Made by a program: the position numbers and the translations under genes | IMG/VR virus record: IMGVR_UViG_3300008117_000001 | Reading direction: 5' to 3' (one strand) | Source: a virus | Length of the DNA stretch: 64,000 nucleotides | Notes under the pieces: generated by a model | The model's database searches: none | Told to the model about the DNA's origin: nothing | Seen by the model: only the letters and a program-made list of their open reading frames with translations | Shown: positions 27,254 to 38,627 of the stretch, piece by piece | Position numbering within the stretch: position 1 is the stretch's first letter | Layout of the letters: each line of letters starts with the position of its first letter

Positions 27254-28702
27254 ATGTCTTTTGATTTTGTAGAAAACTTTACATTACAGCTTCCTGATTT
27301 TTCAAAATCAGATATAGATTTTTCAGAATCATTTAACTCCAGGCACGGCTTGATTATAGAGGTCGCCGCAATACACGAGGGCTTGACTTCTAATTATAAT
27401 CATTATTCAGCCATAGAGTTGGAGAAGGCACTCCAATCATGGGTTGAGCCTTATCCAAAGCCAATTATTCTTAATCATGACTTAAATACAGAGCCTATTG
27501 GCAGGGTAATGGCTGCCAAGATGGACAAAGAGTCAGATGGAAGCGCTTTTGTTAGATTGCAAATTGCAATCACTGATCCTGTTGCAGCCCAAAAGGTTAT
27601 CGATAAGAGATACTTGACGGGTTCGGTTGGAGGAAGGGCTACAAAGGCTGTTTGTAGTATTTCTGGTGAAGATCTAGCGAGAGAAGATGACTCAGGTCGT
27701 CCCCGTATGCCTAAGTTTAAAAAGGGCAAGGTTTACAAGGGCAAGCTAGCATACATTGATATGCAGGATATTTCCTTCAAGGAATACTCTTTTGTAAATC
27801 AGCCGGCAGATCAAAAATCCGGAGTGAGATCCACAAAAATACAAGATGGAAAAACCGAAATCTCAGACTCTGAAGGTTGGATTGCAAAAAGCGCTGCGTT
27901 TGTCCTCAGCATGGATAATGAAGATATTATTTCAATTGAGGAAAATAGATCAATTCTTTCCGACATGAAGAAGAAGGAATCGAAACCCATTTACTTACAT
28001 TTAAAGGGCGCATTTTTAACTGCGTTGGCCCTTCAGGAAAGTGAAAGTTATATAAGTAATGCTAATTCATTACTATCCAATGAAGATTCTGAAAAAAATA
28101 ATTCTGAGGAGACTCATAGCATGAAAGATGTTAATAAAGAAAACTCAGCTGACGATTCAGAAGAGGCGGATGTACAAACTGTAGATTCCGAAAATGCTGA
28201 AAAGCCAGAAGAGTCATCGGTCGAAAAGACTGATGAGAGTCAAGAAGATGCCGAAGAGGCCAGTGAGCTCAGCGATAACAAAGAGGGCGTTGAGCAAGAT
28301 GCTGACACACTTAAGGCAAGAATTAAGCTTCTTGAAGAAGAAAATGCAAAGCTCAAAAGCGCTCTGCATAGAACTCTAGTTGAAAGAGTTGTTGATACTA
28401 AGGTCGGCTTGGGCTTAGAGTCTGTTGATGATCGCGAAAAGCTTATTGAAGAGCATGCTACTCGCACAGCTTCTTCATTGGCTGATACTCTCAGAGATTT
28501 AGCTAAGACTCCAGTAAAAGTAAATAAGAGACTTTCTAATTTTGCTGGCATGCCTGAGGTTACTTCTGAAGCAGAGGTAACTGAATCCGAAGATAATGTA
28601 TTGACTCTTGACAAAGAAGAGGAAATCAGCAAGCCTGGTTCTCCTGTAGATTCTTTTGAGCAAGTTCTAGTAGATGCCCTTATGGGTAGACGTAAACTTT
28701 AA
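27254..28702 (+). CDS. Prohead protease fused to acidic scaffolding domain
   Basis: PIILNHD...PIGRV, YLTGSVGG, KEYSFVNQPAD; C-terminal acidic/coiled-coil region. Confidence 0.85.
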   Translation: MSFDFVENFTLQLPDFSKSDIDFSESFNSRHGLIIEVAAIHEGLTSNYNHYSAIELEKALQSWVEPYPKPIILNHDLNTEPIGRVMAAKMDKESDGSAFVRLQIAITDPVAAQKVIDKRYLTGSVGGRATKAVCSISGEDLAREDDSGRPRMPKFKKGKVYKGKLAYIDMQDISFKEYSFVNQPADQKSGVRSTKIQDGKTEISDSEGWIAKSAAFVLSMDNEDIISIEENRSILSDMKKKESKPIYLHLKGAFLTALALQESESYISNANSLLSNEDSEKNNSEETHSMKDVNKENSADDSEEADVQTVDSENAEKPEESSVEKTDESQEDAEEASELSDNKEGVEQDADTLKARIKLLEEENAKLKSALHRTLVERVVDTKVGLGLESVDDREKLIEEHATRTASSLADTLRDLAKTPVKVNKRLSNFAGMPEVTSEAEVTESEDNVLTLDKEEEISKPGSPVDSFEQVLVDALMGRRKL

Positions 28703-28720
28703 TAATTAAGGAGATAAAAA

Positions 28721-29491
28721 ATGAGTTTAGCAAAGTTCCGCAAGGTTCATAGCAAGACAGGTGCTGGTCGCTTCGTTGTTTCTGAGGGTGTAGCCCCCAG
28801 TGCATACTTACTGCCCCACCCCGGCTTGCCAACATGGTATTTGGACAGTGAAGATGATCGCTTTGAGATCGTCATTCCAAAGGGTACTATTCTTTCAGTG
28901 GTTGCCGACGCCAACGGTGATGCTCGTATTGTTCCAGCTAACGGAACATCTTCAAGCAAGAGCTGGGGCGACGTAATGCCTTCTTGGGACCCACTAGATG
29001 GCGCTACGCCAACATCAACGAGTGGATCATCTGATACAGTTACTGTAGCAGCTCGGTCAATTCCGATTGGTTGCGCACAATATGATCTCTACAGACCATT
29101 TGACAAGGGCACATCGCAAGGTGCTGGCTTTATCACTCACGGCTATGTAGAGTATCCAATGGTTGCTGGCATTAATGACGACGTAACAGTCGGTTCACTA
29201 ATCCGTTCCGACTTCATGGGACGCCCAGTAGCCGCAGCAGCTGCCGATTTCTATAATAGCAGCGCTGTTTACAGCTACTTGCAGGTAGGTAAGGTTGTCG
29301 AAGTCGAAAAGTTTGCTACAAACTTTGACGATGGCCTCCTCAGCTACATGCAGCTTCCATCAGATCCAGGTGCACTAAAGACAGTATACGAACTTACCCG
29401 TAGCGGAAGCTACAGTGGCAAGCTCGGTATTCGTGCTAACTTGGACGTATACAATGTCATTGGTGCATTCCGCGTCAATTTGACACTCTAA
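28721..29491 (+). CDS. Head decoration/cement protein
   Basis: Between protease and capsid, AAGGAG RBS, beta-rich. Confidence 0.65.
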   Translation: MSLAKFRKVHSKTGAGRFVVSEGVAPSAYLLPHPGLPTWYLDSEDDRFEIVIPKGTILSVVADANGDARIVPANGTSSSKSWGDVMPSWDPLDGATPTSTSGSSDTVTVAARSIPIGCAQYDLYRPFDKGTSQGAGFITHGYVEYPMVAGINDDVTVGSLIRSDFMGRPVAAAAADFYNSSAVYSYLQVGKVVEVEKFATNFDDGLLSYMQLPSDPGALKTVYELTRSGSYSGKLGIRANLDVYNVIGAFRVNLTL

Positions 29492-29524
29492 TAAAAACAA
29501 CAACACAGGAGGAATATTCCTAAG

Positions 29525-30583
29525 ATGAGTAAGACAATCCAAGAGCTCCTCTCTGGTCTCCCAGCTTGGGAGACTGCACTGACTGAGGACGGGTATATCG
29601 ATGCAGACAACAGAGTAACCATTAAGGAGGCTTTTGCTTCACCAGATGCAGCAGCCCTTTTCCCCAAGGTTCTCTCTCGTACGCTAAGAGAAGCAGCTGA
29701 GCCACAGCTTCTTGTGACCCCCCTGCTTTCCACAGTTCGTCTCGGTAAGGGGCGTTCTTTGGAGTTCCCAGCAGTCAATGCTATCCAAGCGGCTGAGATT
29801 CCAGAAGGCCAAGAATATCCAGAGCAAGCACTCGCCTTCGCAAAGCAGGTAGAGGGCAAGGTTTCAAAGAAAGGTGTAAAGCTAGCTTTCACCGAGGAAG
29901 TTATCGCTGACTCACTTTGGGACATTGTCGGTCTACATGTTCGCGCAGCCGGTCGCGCTATGGCTCGCCTAAAAGAGCAAATCGCTCTTAGTCGCTTCAA
30001 GGATGCAGCTACTATCGTTTTTGATAACGATAGCGGTTCATATGATGACACAACAGGTCTTGACATTAATGGCGTTGCCAATAAGACAATCACCTGGGAC
30101 GACATTGTAGACATGGCTGCTGTACTTATGGCTGAAAATCATGTACCAACAGACTTTATTCTCCACCCCCTCATGTGGTCGGTATTCCTTAAGGATTCCA
30201 TCTTCCACGCCGGTGGTGCAGCTTCAGGAGTTGGCACAAGCTGGGGATATCGTCCTCAGTCAGCTGACGGCGCCCTTAACGCAACAGCCCCAATGGGTCT
30301 AAATGTTCTTGTTTCACCATTCGTAAGCTTCACCGCTAAGAGTGGCGCAACAGCAGCTAAGTCAGACCTATTCCTCATTGACCGTAACGAAGTGGGAACA
30401 CTTTTGGTCAAGGATGACATGAGCACCGATCAGTTTGACGATCCTAGCCGTGATCTTCGTTCACTTAAGATGAAGGAGCGTTACGACATCGTAATGCTTG
30501 GCGATGGCGAGGGTATTACCGTAGCCAAGAACGTCAGACTCAGCCGTAACTATGAAATCATGGTTACTAACGAGGCAACCTGA
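29525..30583 (+). CDS. Major capsid protein (HK97 fold)
   Basis: 352 aa, AGGAGG RBS; AEIPEGQEYP, KGVKLAFTEEVIADS, DFILHPLMW, KMKERYDI; strong terminator follows. Confidence 0.88.
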   Translation: MSKTIQELLSGLPAWETALTEDGYIDADNRVTIKEAFASPDAAALFPKVLSRTLREAAEPQLLVTPLLSTVRLGKGRSLEFPAVNAIQAAEIPEGQEYPEQALAFAKQVEGKVSKKGVKLAFTEEVIADSLWDIVGLHVRAAGRAMARLKEQIALSRFKDAATIVFDNDSGSYDDTTGLDINGVANKTITWDDIVDMAAVLMAENHVPTDFILHPLMWSVFLKDSIFHAGGAASGVGTSWGYRPQSADGALNATAPMGLNVLVSPFVSFTAKSGATAAKSDLFLIDRNEVGTLLVKDDMSTDQFDDPSRDLRSLKMKERYDIVMLGDGEGITVAKNVRLSRNYEIMVTNEAT

Positions 30584-30629
30584 TAAACAAACCTTAGGGT
30601 CGTTATAGTTACAAATTACCCTAAAGCTT

Positions 30630-30668
30630 GGGGGTGGTGGAGAAATCCGCCACCCCCTCTGCTTTTAT
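30630..30668 (+). terminator. Intrinsic terminator after capsid gene
   Basis: GGGGGTGGTGGA-GAAA-TCCGCCACCCCC 12-bp stem then TCTGCTTTT. Confidence 0.8.
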
Positions 30669-30681
30669 TCTGTTTTGTTTA

Positions 30682-30698
30682 TTACTATTAAAATAGAT
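30682..30698 (+). promoter_or_regulatory. Candidate late promoter TTACTATTAAAATAGAT
   Basis: Exact copy of 27217-27233; restarts transcription right after the capsid terminator. Confidence 0.7.
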
Positions 30699-30719
30699 TT
30701 CATTGATGGAGTGTGTTGA

Positions 30720-31493
30720 GTGAGCTTGTATCTAATAGACAACGCTACCGTAACTGTTAATACAGTTAATATTAAATTTGGTAGAACAATAAAAATAGCA
30801 TCATTAGTTAATGCAAATTTTACCCTTTTTACAGACACTGCAACGCCAGTTCAAATTAGTTCTCCTTTTAGAACAATAAATACAATAACAGATTATAATC
30901 AAATCAGCAGAACTTTAACTCTTTATTGGAATGTTGTACTTTCTTCTAATTCAGATTATATTGTAAAAGTTTCTAATTTAGTTGATTCCTCTGGTCTCAC
31001 TGTACCGCAAGAGCAAATCAGTTTTACTAGCCAAACAAATTCAGCTACTCCATCAGTTCTGCAGGAAACTCAGGGAACTGTTCTTAATGAAGTTCTCATT
31101 GAAGACAAGTCGGTTCGAGTTGATATAGAAACTGGTTATCAAATATTAGCAAAAAATCCAGACTTTTATATTATTTCAACAGATCCTTCAACCGGCAGTT
31201 TCTATTTAAATAATGACGAAAACAATGGAAGAGTTACCATAAACTTTAGTTCCCGTCCCGCATCAAACTTTTTAACTTCAAAGTATTTTAAGGCTCAAAG
31301 AAAGAAGATACAAAAAACACCTTCTAGATGGGAATCCGTTGACGCACAGGTATCAATGCACTCATGGAGAGCAGATGTCTATGTAGATTTTCCATCTGAT
31401 GACGCAACGCCAGTTTATGCTACAGATGGTAAAACATATTTTGAGTCTGGATATAAATATAGGGTAATTGTTTCTTCAGAAGTTGGTCCGTGA
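30720..31493 (+). CDS. Virion structural protein with Ig-like domains
   Basis: GTG start; beta-strand-rich. Confidence 0.65.
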   Translation: MSLYLIDNATVTVNTVNIKFGRTIKIASLVNANFTLFTDTATPVQISSPFRTINTITDYNQISRTLTLYWNVVLSSNSDYIVKVSNLVDSSGLTVPQEQISFTSQTNSATPSVLQETQGTVLNEVLIEDKSVRVDIETGYQILAKNPDFYIISTDPSTGSFYLNNDENNGRVTINFSSRPASNFLTSKYFKAQRKKIQKTPSRWESVDAQVSMHSWRADVYVDFPSDDATPVYATDGKTYFESGYKYRVIVSSEVGP

Positions 31494-31903
31494 TGGCTAA
31501 CGCACTTTACGCTAAAGCTAAAGAGGCGTTATTAGAAGGTCTTTTAGATCTAACTGATAATAATATTAAGGTAGCTTTAGTTAAGAGCACTTATTCTGTA
31601 AACTTAAACACCCATGAATTTTTATCAGACATATCAGGTGCTGCCATTGCAGCGTATTCAAATGTTTTGACTGGCAAATCTACCTCCCTTGGTATATTCG
31701 ATGCAGAAAACATAACAATAGAAGATTACGGCAATTCTGGTTTTTCTTATTTGGTTATATATAGAGATACTGGTACCGCTTCTACTTCTAGACTAATTGC
31801 ATACATCGATACGGCAACTGGCTTACCAGTAACCGCTACTACAGATATTATTTCAATTACAATAAATTGGAGTAATGATATTTATAAAATATTTGGACTA
31901 TAA
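31490..31903 (+). CDS. Minor virion structural protein
   Basis: MANALYAKAKEALL...LIAYIDTATGLPVT pattern typical of phage minor tail proteins. Confidence 0.7.
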   Translation: MMANALYAKAKEALLEGLLDLTDNNIKVALVKSTYSVNLNTHEFLSDISGAAIAAYSNVLTGKSTSLGIFDAENITIEDYGNSGFSYLVIYRDTGTASTSRLIAYIDTATGLPVTATTDIISITINWSNDIYKIFGL

Positions 31904-31912
31904 AGGATATTT

Positions 31913-32251
31913 ATGGCTACTTCATATCCCGGAACATTAGATAACTTTGTAAACCCCACTGCTACAGATAAGTTAAATTCTGTTACAGTACCACACCACC
32001 AGCAGCATACGGATTTAAATGATGCGGTCGAAGCAATAGAAACTGTCCTAGGCTTAAGTCCGGCAGGAGTGCATTTAACGGTTAAAGATAGAATAATTTC
32101 AGCAGAATCAGCTATAGCTGCCCAATCGGTTTTAAATGGTTTAACTGATGTTACTATAACATCAGCAAATCCAGGTGATGTTCTGCGTTATAACGGCTCA
32201 GCTTGGGTAAATTATGATGAAGAAAATCTTGTTGATGGAGGAAACTTTTAA
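31913..32251 (+). CDS. Minor structural/fibre-type protein
   Basis: [10 protein letters not shown]...[16 protein letters not shown]; [10 protein letters not shown]...[13 protein letters not shown] repeat. Confidence 0.65.
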   Translation: MATSYPGTLDNFVNPTATDKLNSVTVPHHQQHTDLNDAVEAIETVLGLSPAGVHLTVKDRIISAESAIAAQSVLNGLTDVTITSANPGDVLRYNGSAWVNYDEENLVDGGNF

Positions 32252-32253
32252 CA

Positions 32254-34353
32254 ATGGCTAATACAATTAGAATCAAAAGAAGGGCTTCCGGAGCATCTGG
32301 TGCACCGAGTAGTTTGGAGAACGCAGAACTAGCTTTTAATGAAGTTGATGATGTTCTTTATTACGGTAAAGGCGTTGGGGGCGCAGGCGGAAGCGCCACT
32401 ACAGTTGAAGCAATCGGTGGCAAAGGCGCATTTGTCGGACTTGCCGGAACTCAAACTATTACTGGAAATAAAACATTTTCTGGCACAGTTGCACTTGGTT
32501 CATCTGCAAGCGCTACAACTAAATCAGCAGGAGACAATAGCACGGCAGTTGCTACAACAGCTTATGTAGATTCGGCAATAACAGCTGCATCATATACTTT
32601 TACTCTGGCTGGAGATTCTGGAACTAGCCAAACAATTGATGATAATGAAACTGTAACAATTGCAGGTGGAACAGGCCTTTCTTCGGTCGCTTCATCAACA
32701 AACACTGTAACCATAAATCTAGATAATACGACTGTAACAGCAGGAGCATATGGTTCTGCAACTCAAATTCCAACATTCACAGTCGACGCACAGGGTAGAT
32801 TAACAGCAGCTAGCTATGAGTCAATCTCTACATCATTAACTGTCGGCGCAGATTCTGGAACAGCAGATTCAGTAGCTTTAGCAACTGATACATTGACTTT
32901 TAGTGGCGGAGAAGGAATTGATACAGCTGTAACAAATAACACTATTACAATATCTGGAGAAGATGCAACGACATCAAATAAGGGAATCGCATCTTTTAGT
33001 TCCGATAGCTTTTCTGTTAGTTCTGGCGCCGTAAGTATTAAGCCTAGCGGAGTAAGTAATTCTCAGTTAGTTAATTCATCTATAACAATTGGATCAACAT
33101 CCGTATCCTTAGGTTCAACCAGCAATACGCTTGCTGGCCTGCAGCAGGTAGATATTGACAATATTCGCATTGATGGGAATACAATTTCCGCAACTGATAC
33201 TAATGGTGGAATTTCATTGGACCCAAATGGAACAGGTCACGTTTCTGTTAATAGTGCAAGAATAGAAAATCTTGCAAATCCAGAAAATCCCCAAGATGCC
33301 GCCACTAAAGCTTATGTTGATTCTGCAACCCAAGGTTTACATATTCACGCTACTGTTAAGGCTGCTACTGGAGCTACTTTGGCCAGCATAACTGGCGGAA
33401 CTGTTACATATGATAATGGAACAGATGGCGTTGGAGCTACCCTTACTTTAGGAACTGCTTTAACAGCATTAGATAATTACAATCTCCAAAATGGTGACAG
33501 AATTCTAGTTAAGAATCAGGCAACCGCAGCACACAACGGTATTTATAGATGGGCTACTGGTGGCACAGTACTAACAAGAGCTACTGACTTTGATACAGCA
33601 GCAGAAATTGCTGGTGGCGACTTCGTATTCGTTGATAGTGGAGACAATTATGCCAATACTGGCTGGGTAACTGCAGACGAAGTTAATACAGTTGGAACAG
33701 ACGCAGTTAACTGGATTCAATTCTCTGGTGCAGGAACATATCTTGCTGGAACCGGATTAGTATTAGATGGTTCTACTTTTAATATCAATTTAGCTACAAA
33801 CAGTGGCTTATTAATTACGTCAGATGAATTACAGGTAAATAGCACAATAGCTGGAAATGGTTTAACTTTTAGCAATGGCGTCATTGCTGTTGGTGGAACT
33901 TCTGACAGAATATCTGTAACTTCAGACGCAATAGATATTGCTTCAACTTATGCCGGACAGTCGAGTATTACTACCTTAGGGACAATTACGACAGGCACAT
34001 GGAATGGTACAACTATAGCGATAGCCAATGGTGGAACTGGCTCAACTAATGCATCAGATGCAAGAACTGCATTAGGTCTTGCTATTGGAACAAACGTTCA
34101 GGCATATGACGCCGAACTGGCTGCCATAGCTGGACTAACATCAGCAGCAGATAGACTTCCATACTTTACTGGTTCTGGTACAGCCGCACTTGCTACATTT
34201 ACTTCATTTGGTAGATCACTAGTCGATGATGCAGACGCATCTGCTGCAAGAACAACTCTAGGATTAGGGACAATTGCTACACAAAACTCAAACAACGTTT
34301 CAATTACAGGTGGATCAATTGATGGAATCACAATAGATGGTGGGACATTCTGA
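32254..34353 (+). CDS. Fibre protein with Mtd_N-like N-terminus
   Basis: [10 protein letters not shown]...AELAFNE; [32 protein letters not shown] fibre motifs. Confidence 0.8.
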   Translation: MANTIRIKRRASGASGAPSSLENAELAFNEVDDVLYYGKGVGGAGGSATTVEAIGGKGAFVGLAGTQTITGNKTFSGTVALGSSASATTKSAGDNSTAVATTAYVDSAITAASYTFTLAGDSGTSQTIDDNETVTIAGGTGLSSVASSTNTVTINLDNTTVTAGAYGSATQIPTFTVDAQGRLTAASYESISTSLTVGADSGTADSVALATDTLTFSGGEGIDTAVTNNTITISGEDATTSNKGIASFSSDSFSVSSGAVSIKPSGVSNSQLVNSSITIGSTSVSLGSTSNTLAGLQQVDIDNIRIDGNTISATDTNGGISLDPNGTGHVSVNSARIENLANPENPQDAATKAYVDSATQGLHIHATVKAATGATLASITGGTVTYDNGTDGVGATLTLGTALTALDNYNLQNGDRILVKNQATAAHNGIYRWATGGTVLTRATDFDTAAEIAGGDFVFVDSGDNYANTGWVTADEVNTVGTDAVNWIQFSGAGTYLAGTGLVLDGSTFNINLATNSGLLITSDELQVNSTIAGNGLTFSNGVIAVGGTSDRISVTSDAIDIASTYAGQSSITTLGTITTGTWNGTTIAIANGGTGSTNASDARTALGLAIGTNVQAYDAELAAIAGLTSAADRLPYFTGSGTAALATFTSFGRSLVDDADASAARTTLGLGTIATQNSNNVSITGGSIDGITIDGGTF

Positions 34354-34369
34354 CGTTAAAGGAATATGA

Positions 34370-34822
34370 ATGAAATATGATGGTGATATAACATATAATC
34401 AAGAACATTATCAGTATAATGGATTATATGTAGTATCTCCGCAGGCCTTTGGTCTAACTCCTACATTTGGTAATTTAAATTTATTAAAAGTAATTGTATT
34501 AAAGCCACCTTCTATAACAAGTACATTAGTTTTTGTTCCTTCTCCTTCGGTAATAATACCAACGGGTGTTATAGAAAATTCAGAAACTTCTTCATCAATA
34601 GATTTTTCTGCATTTAATGGATACGGATCAATAGAATTTGATAAAATTAACGCAGACGCATATGCAATATCTGGTTCGCAAGGAATTAATCCAGATAGTT
34701 CTGGTTATGTAGCTATATCCGTAGATAAAAATGAATCCTATGCATTTGCAACTGCAGATACTATAGTTTTTGATAAAAATTCTGCTGGAACAATAGACGT
34801 TACTATTATATCTAACGTATAA
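34370..34822 (+). CDS. Hypothetical structural protein
   Basis: AAAGGA RBS; beta-rich. Confidence 0.6.
   Translation: MKYDGDITYNQEHYQYNGLYVVSPQAFGLTPTFGNLNLLKVIVLKPPSITSTLVFVPSPSVIIPTGVIENSETSSSIDFSAFNGYGSIEFDKINADAYAISGSQGINPDSSGYVAISVDKNESYAFATADTIVFDKNSAGTIDVTIISNV
34801..34808 (+). promoter_or_regulatory. Candidate late promoter TACTATTA
   Basis: 30 nt upstream of ATG 34839, inside the end of the preceding ORF. Confidence 0.45.
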
Positions 34823-34838
34823 ATAAATAAGGGGTTTT

Positions 34839-35741
34839 ATGTCTACAGACAGAATTGTAATAAATGATACAGTCAGAATAACGGTTAAGTTTAAAGATAT
34901 AGACACTTCAGGTAATGAAGTTGACCTATCTCCAGTTCCACCTGTAACTGTTGTTATAAAAAATTCAGCAGGCAGCATAGTTGAATCTGGTAATGCTACT
35001 GCTAGTTCTTCTTCTGTTTATATATATGATTTTACGGCATCTTCTGCAGATACGTATTCTGTTAAATTTACCGGAACTTTAAGTAGTGGCAACTCGGTTG
35101 TTGTTGAGCAAAAATTGTATGTTAGCTCAACAGTCACAGAATATCAGCCAACAATAACCCTCAAATCTGATGAAACAATTATTTTTGCACCAGATGTTAC
35201 TCCGCTATACTTAGATCCGGAAGAGTTAATTCCGTATTTCCCAGACGCTTCGTTATTGGAGATAGGCGAAATAGTGCATAATTACTCTAATGAAGTTAAG
35301 GCTTTATATAATCTCCTGGACGAAGAGGATGGCTCTGGTTTATCTTTTACTGTATTGGAATACATTAAGGCATCAGCAGCATGTGAGCTTAGTAGGACTT
35401 ATGGATTTGGTGGAGATGATGAGGTTTCTGTTCGTTTGGGTGATTTTTCGCTAACTAATAGATCAGTGCCAAGAGCCAAGGTAACCAGAGATAACGCAAC
35501 GACATGGTGTCAAATAGCTGCTTCTTTAAGAAAGGAAATATTAGCTGGAAAAGTGGGCCCAAAGGGATTCCAAATGAAGAATCTGCCCAGCGGAGGGCTC
35601 CCAGTGACTTCGGGCAAGATTCCAGAAGTGGAAACTGGCAAAATAGTTTACTTGTCGGATAGAGAATTGTACGGCCCAGGAAGAAGCGTCCCACCTCAAG
35701 ATGACCCCATGCCAAGAAGAGGTTTCAAGAAGTATGATTGA
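34839..35741 (+). CDS. Ig-like domain plus putative head-tail adaptor (neck) protein
   Basis: N-terminal Ig-like fold; helical C-terminal part ending in SVRLGDFSLT, as in adaptor proteins. Confidence 0.55.
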   Translation: MSTDRIVINDTVRITVKFKDIDTSGNEVDLSPVPPVTVVIKNSAGSIVESGNATASSSSVYIYDFTASSADTYSVKFTGTLSSGNSVVVEQKLYVSSTVTEYQPTITLKSDETIIFAPDVTPLYLDPEELIPYFPDASLLEIGEIVHNYSNEVKALYNLLDEEDGSGLSFTVLEYIKASAACELSRTYGFGGDDEVSVRLGDFSLTNRSVPRAKVTRDNATTWCQIAASLRKEILAGKVGPKGFQMKNLPSGGLPVTSGKIPEVETGKIVYLSDRELYGPGRSVPPQDDPMPRRGFKKYD

Positions 35742-36105
35742 TATAAAAAGAAGTTTTAAAAAAGTTCTTCGAGAATGGGGCCATGATGTTTATATACAAA
35801 GAATATTATCAAATGGTAATCATTCAAGCAAATTCGAAAGAGTTACAACTCGACAAGTTGGTCAATCTGGAGTAAGCAATTCGCTATCCACTACAGAGGC
35901 CCAAGATGGTTTGTTTACAAAATACGATGCAGTCTATTATTTTGAAGACCACATTAACCCAAAAGAGGGCGACAGAATATACGAAAATTTTTCTTTAAAA
36001 GTAAATAAAAATTACACCATGTTTACAGTAGACGCTGTTACTGCAATGAGGGGACGCATGGGTAAGATAGACTATTGGGTCGTGGGCGCTACAAGAGAGA
36101 AGTAA
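35701..36105 (+). CDS. Putative head closure/neck protein
   Basis: FKKVLREWGHDVYIQR...PKEGDRIYE...IDYWVVG; likely start at ATG 35734 (MIDIK). Confidence 0.55.
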   Translation: MTPCQEEVSRSMIDIKRSFKKVLREWGHDVYIQRILSNGNHSSKFERVTTRQVGQSGVSNSLSTTEAQDGLFTKYDAVYYFEDHINPKEGDRIYENFSLKVNKNYTMFTVDAVTAMRGRMGKIDYWVVGATREK

Positions 36106-36106
36106 A

Positions 36107-37702
36107 ATGATAGTTTTATCAAAAGGTCAGACGGCACAATTTAAATTTATTTTTACAGACTATGATGGATCTATCTATGATCCAGCAAATCTTTCTACTC
36201 CAGTAGATGTTGTAGTTTATGTATTAAGAGGCGACACTGGTTCTGGCCCCGTAATTGATGGTCCATTCTCCCTTCTTCTAGATAATGGAAATGAAAATGA
36301 TAATTCAATAGTCAGATCAGCAGTTGGCGAGTATACCTTTACATATAAAGTTCCAGAAAATTTATATGAATATGTTTATACAATAATAGCCAGAACAAGC
36401 AGTACTGCGCAAAACATAAACGCTACAGCGACTTTTCAGGTAAAAAATTCTGTAACATCTGTTTCTTCGGTAACAATAACTTCACCAAAATCATCTGTCG
36501 TCAACTATAAGCCAACCTATCAGCAGTTAGATAGAAGAAACACAAGCACAATATTATTGCTTGGTCACGCTGACGGCATGAGATTAAACTATCCTATTAG
36601 AATTAATTCGATTCAACATGCAGTTGATTTGATGGGCGCCAATACAAATAGCCCTCTTTTGAGAGGAGTCTTAGACGCCTATTCATGTGGGGCTAGAGAT
36701 ATTATGATTTGCGCTGTCGCTCCAATGTCGGAATATGTGGATAGCTACGCTCAAAGAAACTTATCCACAACAGTATTCTCTATTAACGACGCTACGCCAG
36801 GTACTCAAAGCACTTTCTACGAAAGATACTATGACCGCCTAGAGCAAGCATACGCAGATATAATTGATTTAGATTTTGTTGATATTGTAGTTCCATTAGA
36901 AGCTAGTATTATGAATACTGGTGGAGTAGATTTTGTTACTCAATTGGCTAATTACTGTTCTTCTTTTCATAATTCTACTGGCTTTATTCAGATGGGAGTT
37001 ATTGGTTCAAGATCTGATGGAGTAAAGTCTTCGGACATATCTATTTTGGAAGCTAATCCATTATTTACTAATAAATTCACTACTTATCTAGATGGCCAAA
37101 TAGCGTCTGATAAAGGTAGATACGTGGTTCCGATTTATGGCGAATTAGTTTTCCAGCATCCACAAATTAAAATTAGCTATACCTCCAGTGCCGCAGCAGC
37201 ATACGCTGGCATGATCGCAGCGAATCAGCAAGCTAAGGCAATTATTCGTACTAGAGTGCCAGGAGCGCTATCTTTATTTGGGACAGATTTAACATATTCA
37301 GATTATGAGAGATTAGAAGCTATAGGAGTGAACACTGTCTATAGGGGAAGAAAAACCAGAAGAGCTGTTCCTTTTGAGATATATGTTACCAATGAGTACA
37401 CTATGGCCCATGAGGAATCTGTGTTTAGCAAGCTCTTTCAAATGAGACTAGTTGCTGCAGTTGTTAGCGAAATTAAGGGAATAGCAGCTTCTGGTCATGA
37501 TTTGCTAGCATTTGACAGTATTATAGATGATACTAAAAAATATTTACAATATTTAAAAACTAATAAAGCTATACTAGATTATTCTTTTAATGCAAGATTT
37601 TCTGATACAACAAAGGAAAAATTAATTTTTGATATTGAATTAATATCATATTTTGCTATTAAAAAGATTAACTTTTCTTTAGCAGCTGGTCCAGGAGCTT
37701 GA
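36107..37702 (+). CDS. Tail sheath paralogue with N-terminal Ig-like domain
   Basis: IRINSIQHAVDLMG...SPLLRGVLDAYSCGARDI; LEAIGVNTV; C-terminal IFDIELISYFAIKKINFSL parallels the sheath C-terminus. Confidence 0.65.
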   Translation: MIVLSKGQTAQFKFIFTDYDGSIYDPANLSTPVDVVVYVLRGDTGSGPVIDGPFSLLLDNGNENDNSIVRSAVGEYTFTYKVPENLYEYVYTIIARTSSTAQNINATATFQVKNSVTSVSSVTITSPKSSVVNYKPTYQQLDRRNTSTILLLGHADGMRLNYPIRINSIQHAVDLMGANTNSPLLRGVLDAYSCGARDIMICAVAPMSEYVDSYAQRNLSTTVFSINDATPGTQSTFYERYYDRLEQAYADIIDLDFVDIVVPLEASIMNTGGVDFVTQLANYCSSFHNSTGFIQMGVIGSRSDGVKSSDISILEANPLFTNKFTTYLDGQIASDKGRYVVPIYGELVFQHPQIKISYTSSAAAAYAGMIAANQQAKAIIRTRVPGALSLFGTDLTYSDYERLEAIGVNTVYRGRKTRRAVPFEIYVTNEYTMAHEESVFSKLFQMRLVAAVVSEIKGIAASGHDLLAFDSIIDDTKKYLQYLKTNKAILDYSFNARFSDTTKEKLIFDIELISYFAIKKINFSLAAGPGA

Positions 37703-37703
37703 T

Positions 37704-38567
37704 ATGGCATACATTAATAGAGATTTTCCTAGTTTTTCAGAAAACCTTAGATACGGTTATCCTCAGCTTCAAGCCCCTGGATATAGAAGATTAGATCAAG
37801 ATGGTGTAGAGGAAGTATATTCTGGCAATCTAAGCTATCTAGATTTCATTGGTTTAGTTAAAAAACTTTGGGAAGAAAGCTATCCAGCAATACCAATATT
37901 GCCACTAAGTGTAAATAGAGAAACTTCTGTAACTTATAAAGATAATGGTGGAACCGACGTTACTTCTGGAGATCTCTCTTCTGCCCCGTCTTCAACCTAT
38001 GTTGGCCTAGATGAGTTTCCTGCAATTATAGGATATCACTTAGAGTTAAGAAAGGCTCATACAACAGAGCCAAAGCCAAGAATGAGACAAAATGTGCTAT
38101 CTAACACAGTGACTATTTATGGCCAACGTTTTCAGAATATTGTTGGCTTTACTGTAATGTCTAAAGTTGGCACCTTTCAGGGTTCCAATGGAGCAACAAC
38201 TAGAGATGACCTAGATGCAGCAGTTCTATGTGATCAGGTAATTGAGGCATTTGAAGATTTCATGTTGGAATATACATCAATTTTCAAATCCGCCGGAGCA
38301 TCTGAATTGGTCTATTCTAGGCGTTTGTCTGATTCCGAGATTAATCGTGAAGGAAAAGACGTTCATAAGAGAACTGTTACATATATGTTAACTACGGAAA
38401 AGACTTTTGCAATGTCTAATAGAAGAATTGAGCAGATTGTAGTTGACGCTAGAACCTGGATGGCATATGAGAAGCAGTTACTTAGAGATCAGTTGGCTAC
38501 CCCTAATTACGAGGGTACAACTGGGAATATTATCGATCTATTCCAGACTGCAACTCCTAACGTCTGA
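37704..38567 (+). CDS. Putative tail terminator/completion protein
   Basis: RFQNIVGFTV...AFEDFMLEY...ELVYSRRLSD; position before sheath. Confidence 0.55.
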   Translation: MAYINRDFPSFSENLRYGYPQLQAPGYRRLDQDGVEEVYSGNLSYLDFIGLVKKLWEESYPAIPILPLSVNRETSVTYKDNGGTDVTSGDLSSAPSSTYVGLDEFPAIIGYHLELRKAHTTEPKPRMRQNVLSNTVTIYGQRFQNIVGFTVMSKVGTFQGSNGATTRDDLDAAVLCDQVIEAFEDFMLEYTSIFKSAGASELVYSRRLSDSEINREGKDVHKRTVTYMLTTEKTFAMSNRRIEQIVVDARTWMAYEKQLLRDQLATPNYEGTTGNIIDLFQTATPNV

Positions 38568-38627
38568 AATGGTGTATAGAAAAATCCTGCCAGTTTAACT
38601 TTGTAGTTGTTTTTATAAGTTATGTGT

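Noticed and set aside
30594-30624. TTAGGGT...ACCCTAA as telomere-like signal
   Set aside because: Single copy forming a 7-bp hairpin after the capsid stop; more simply an RNA stability or termination element
32254-34353. Diversity-generating retroelement target (Mtd_N-like fibre)
   Set aside because: No reverse transcriptase or TR/VR repeat pair visible in the window
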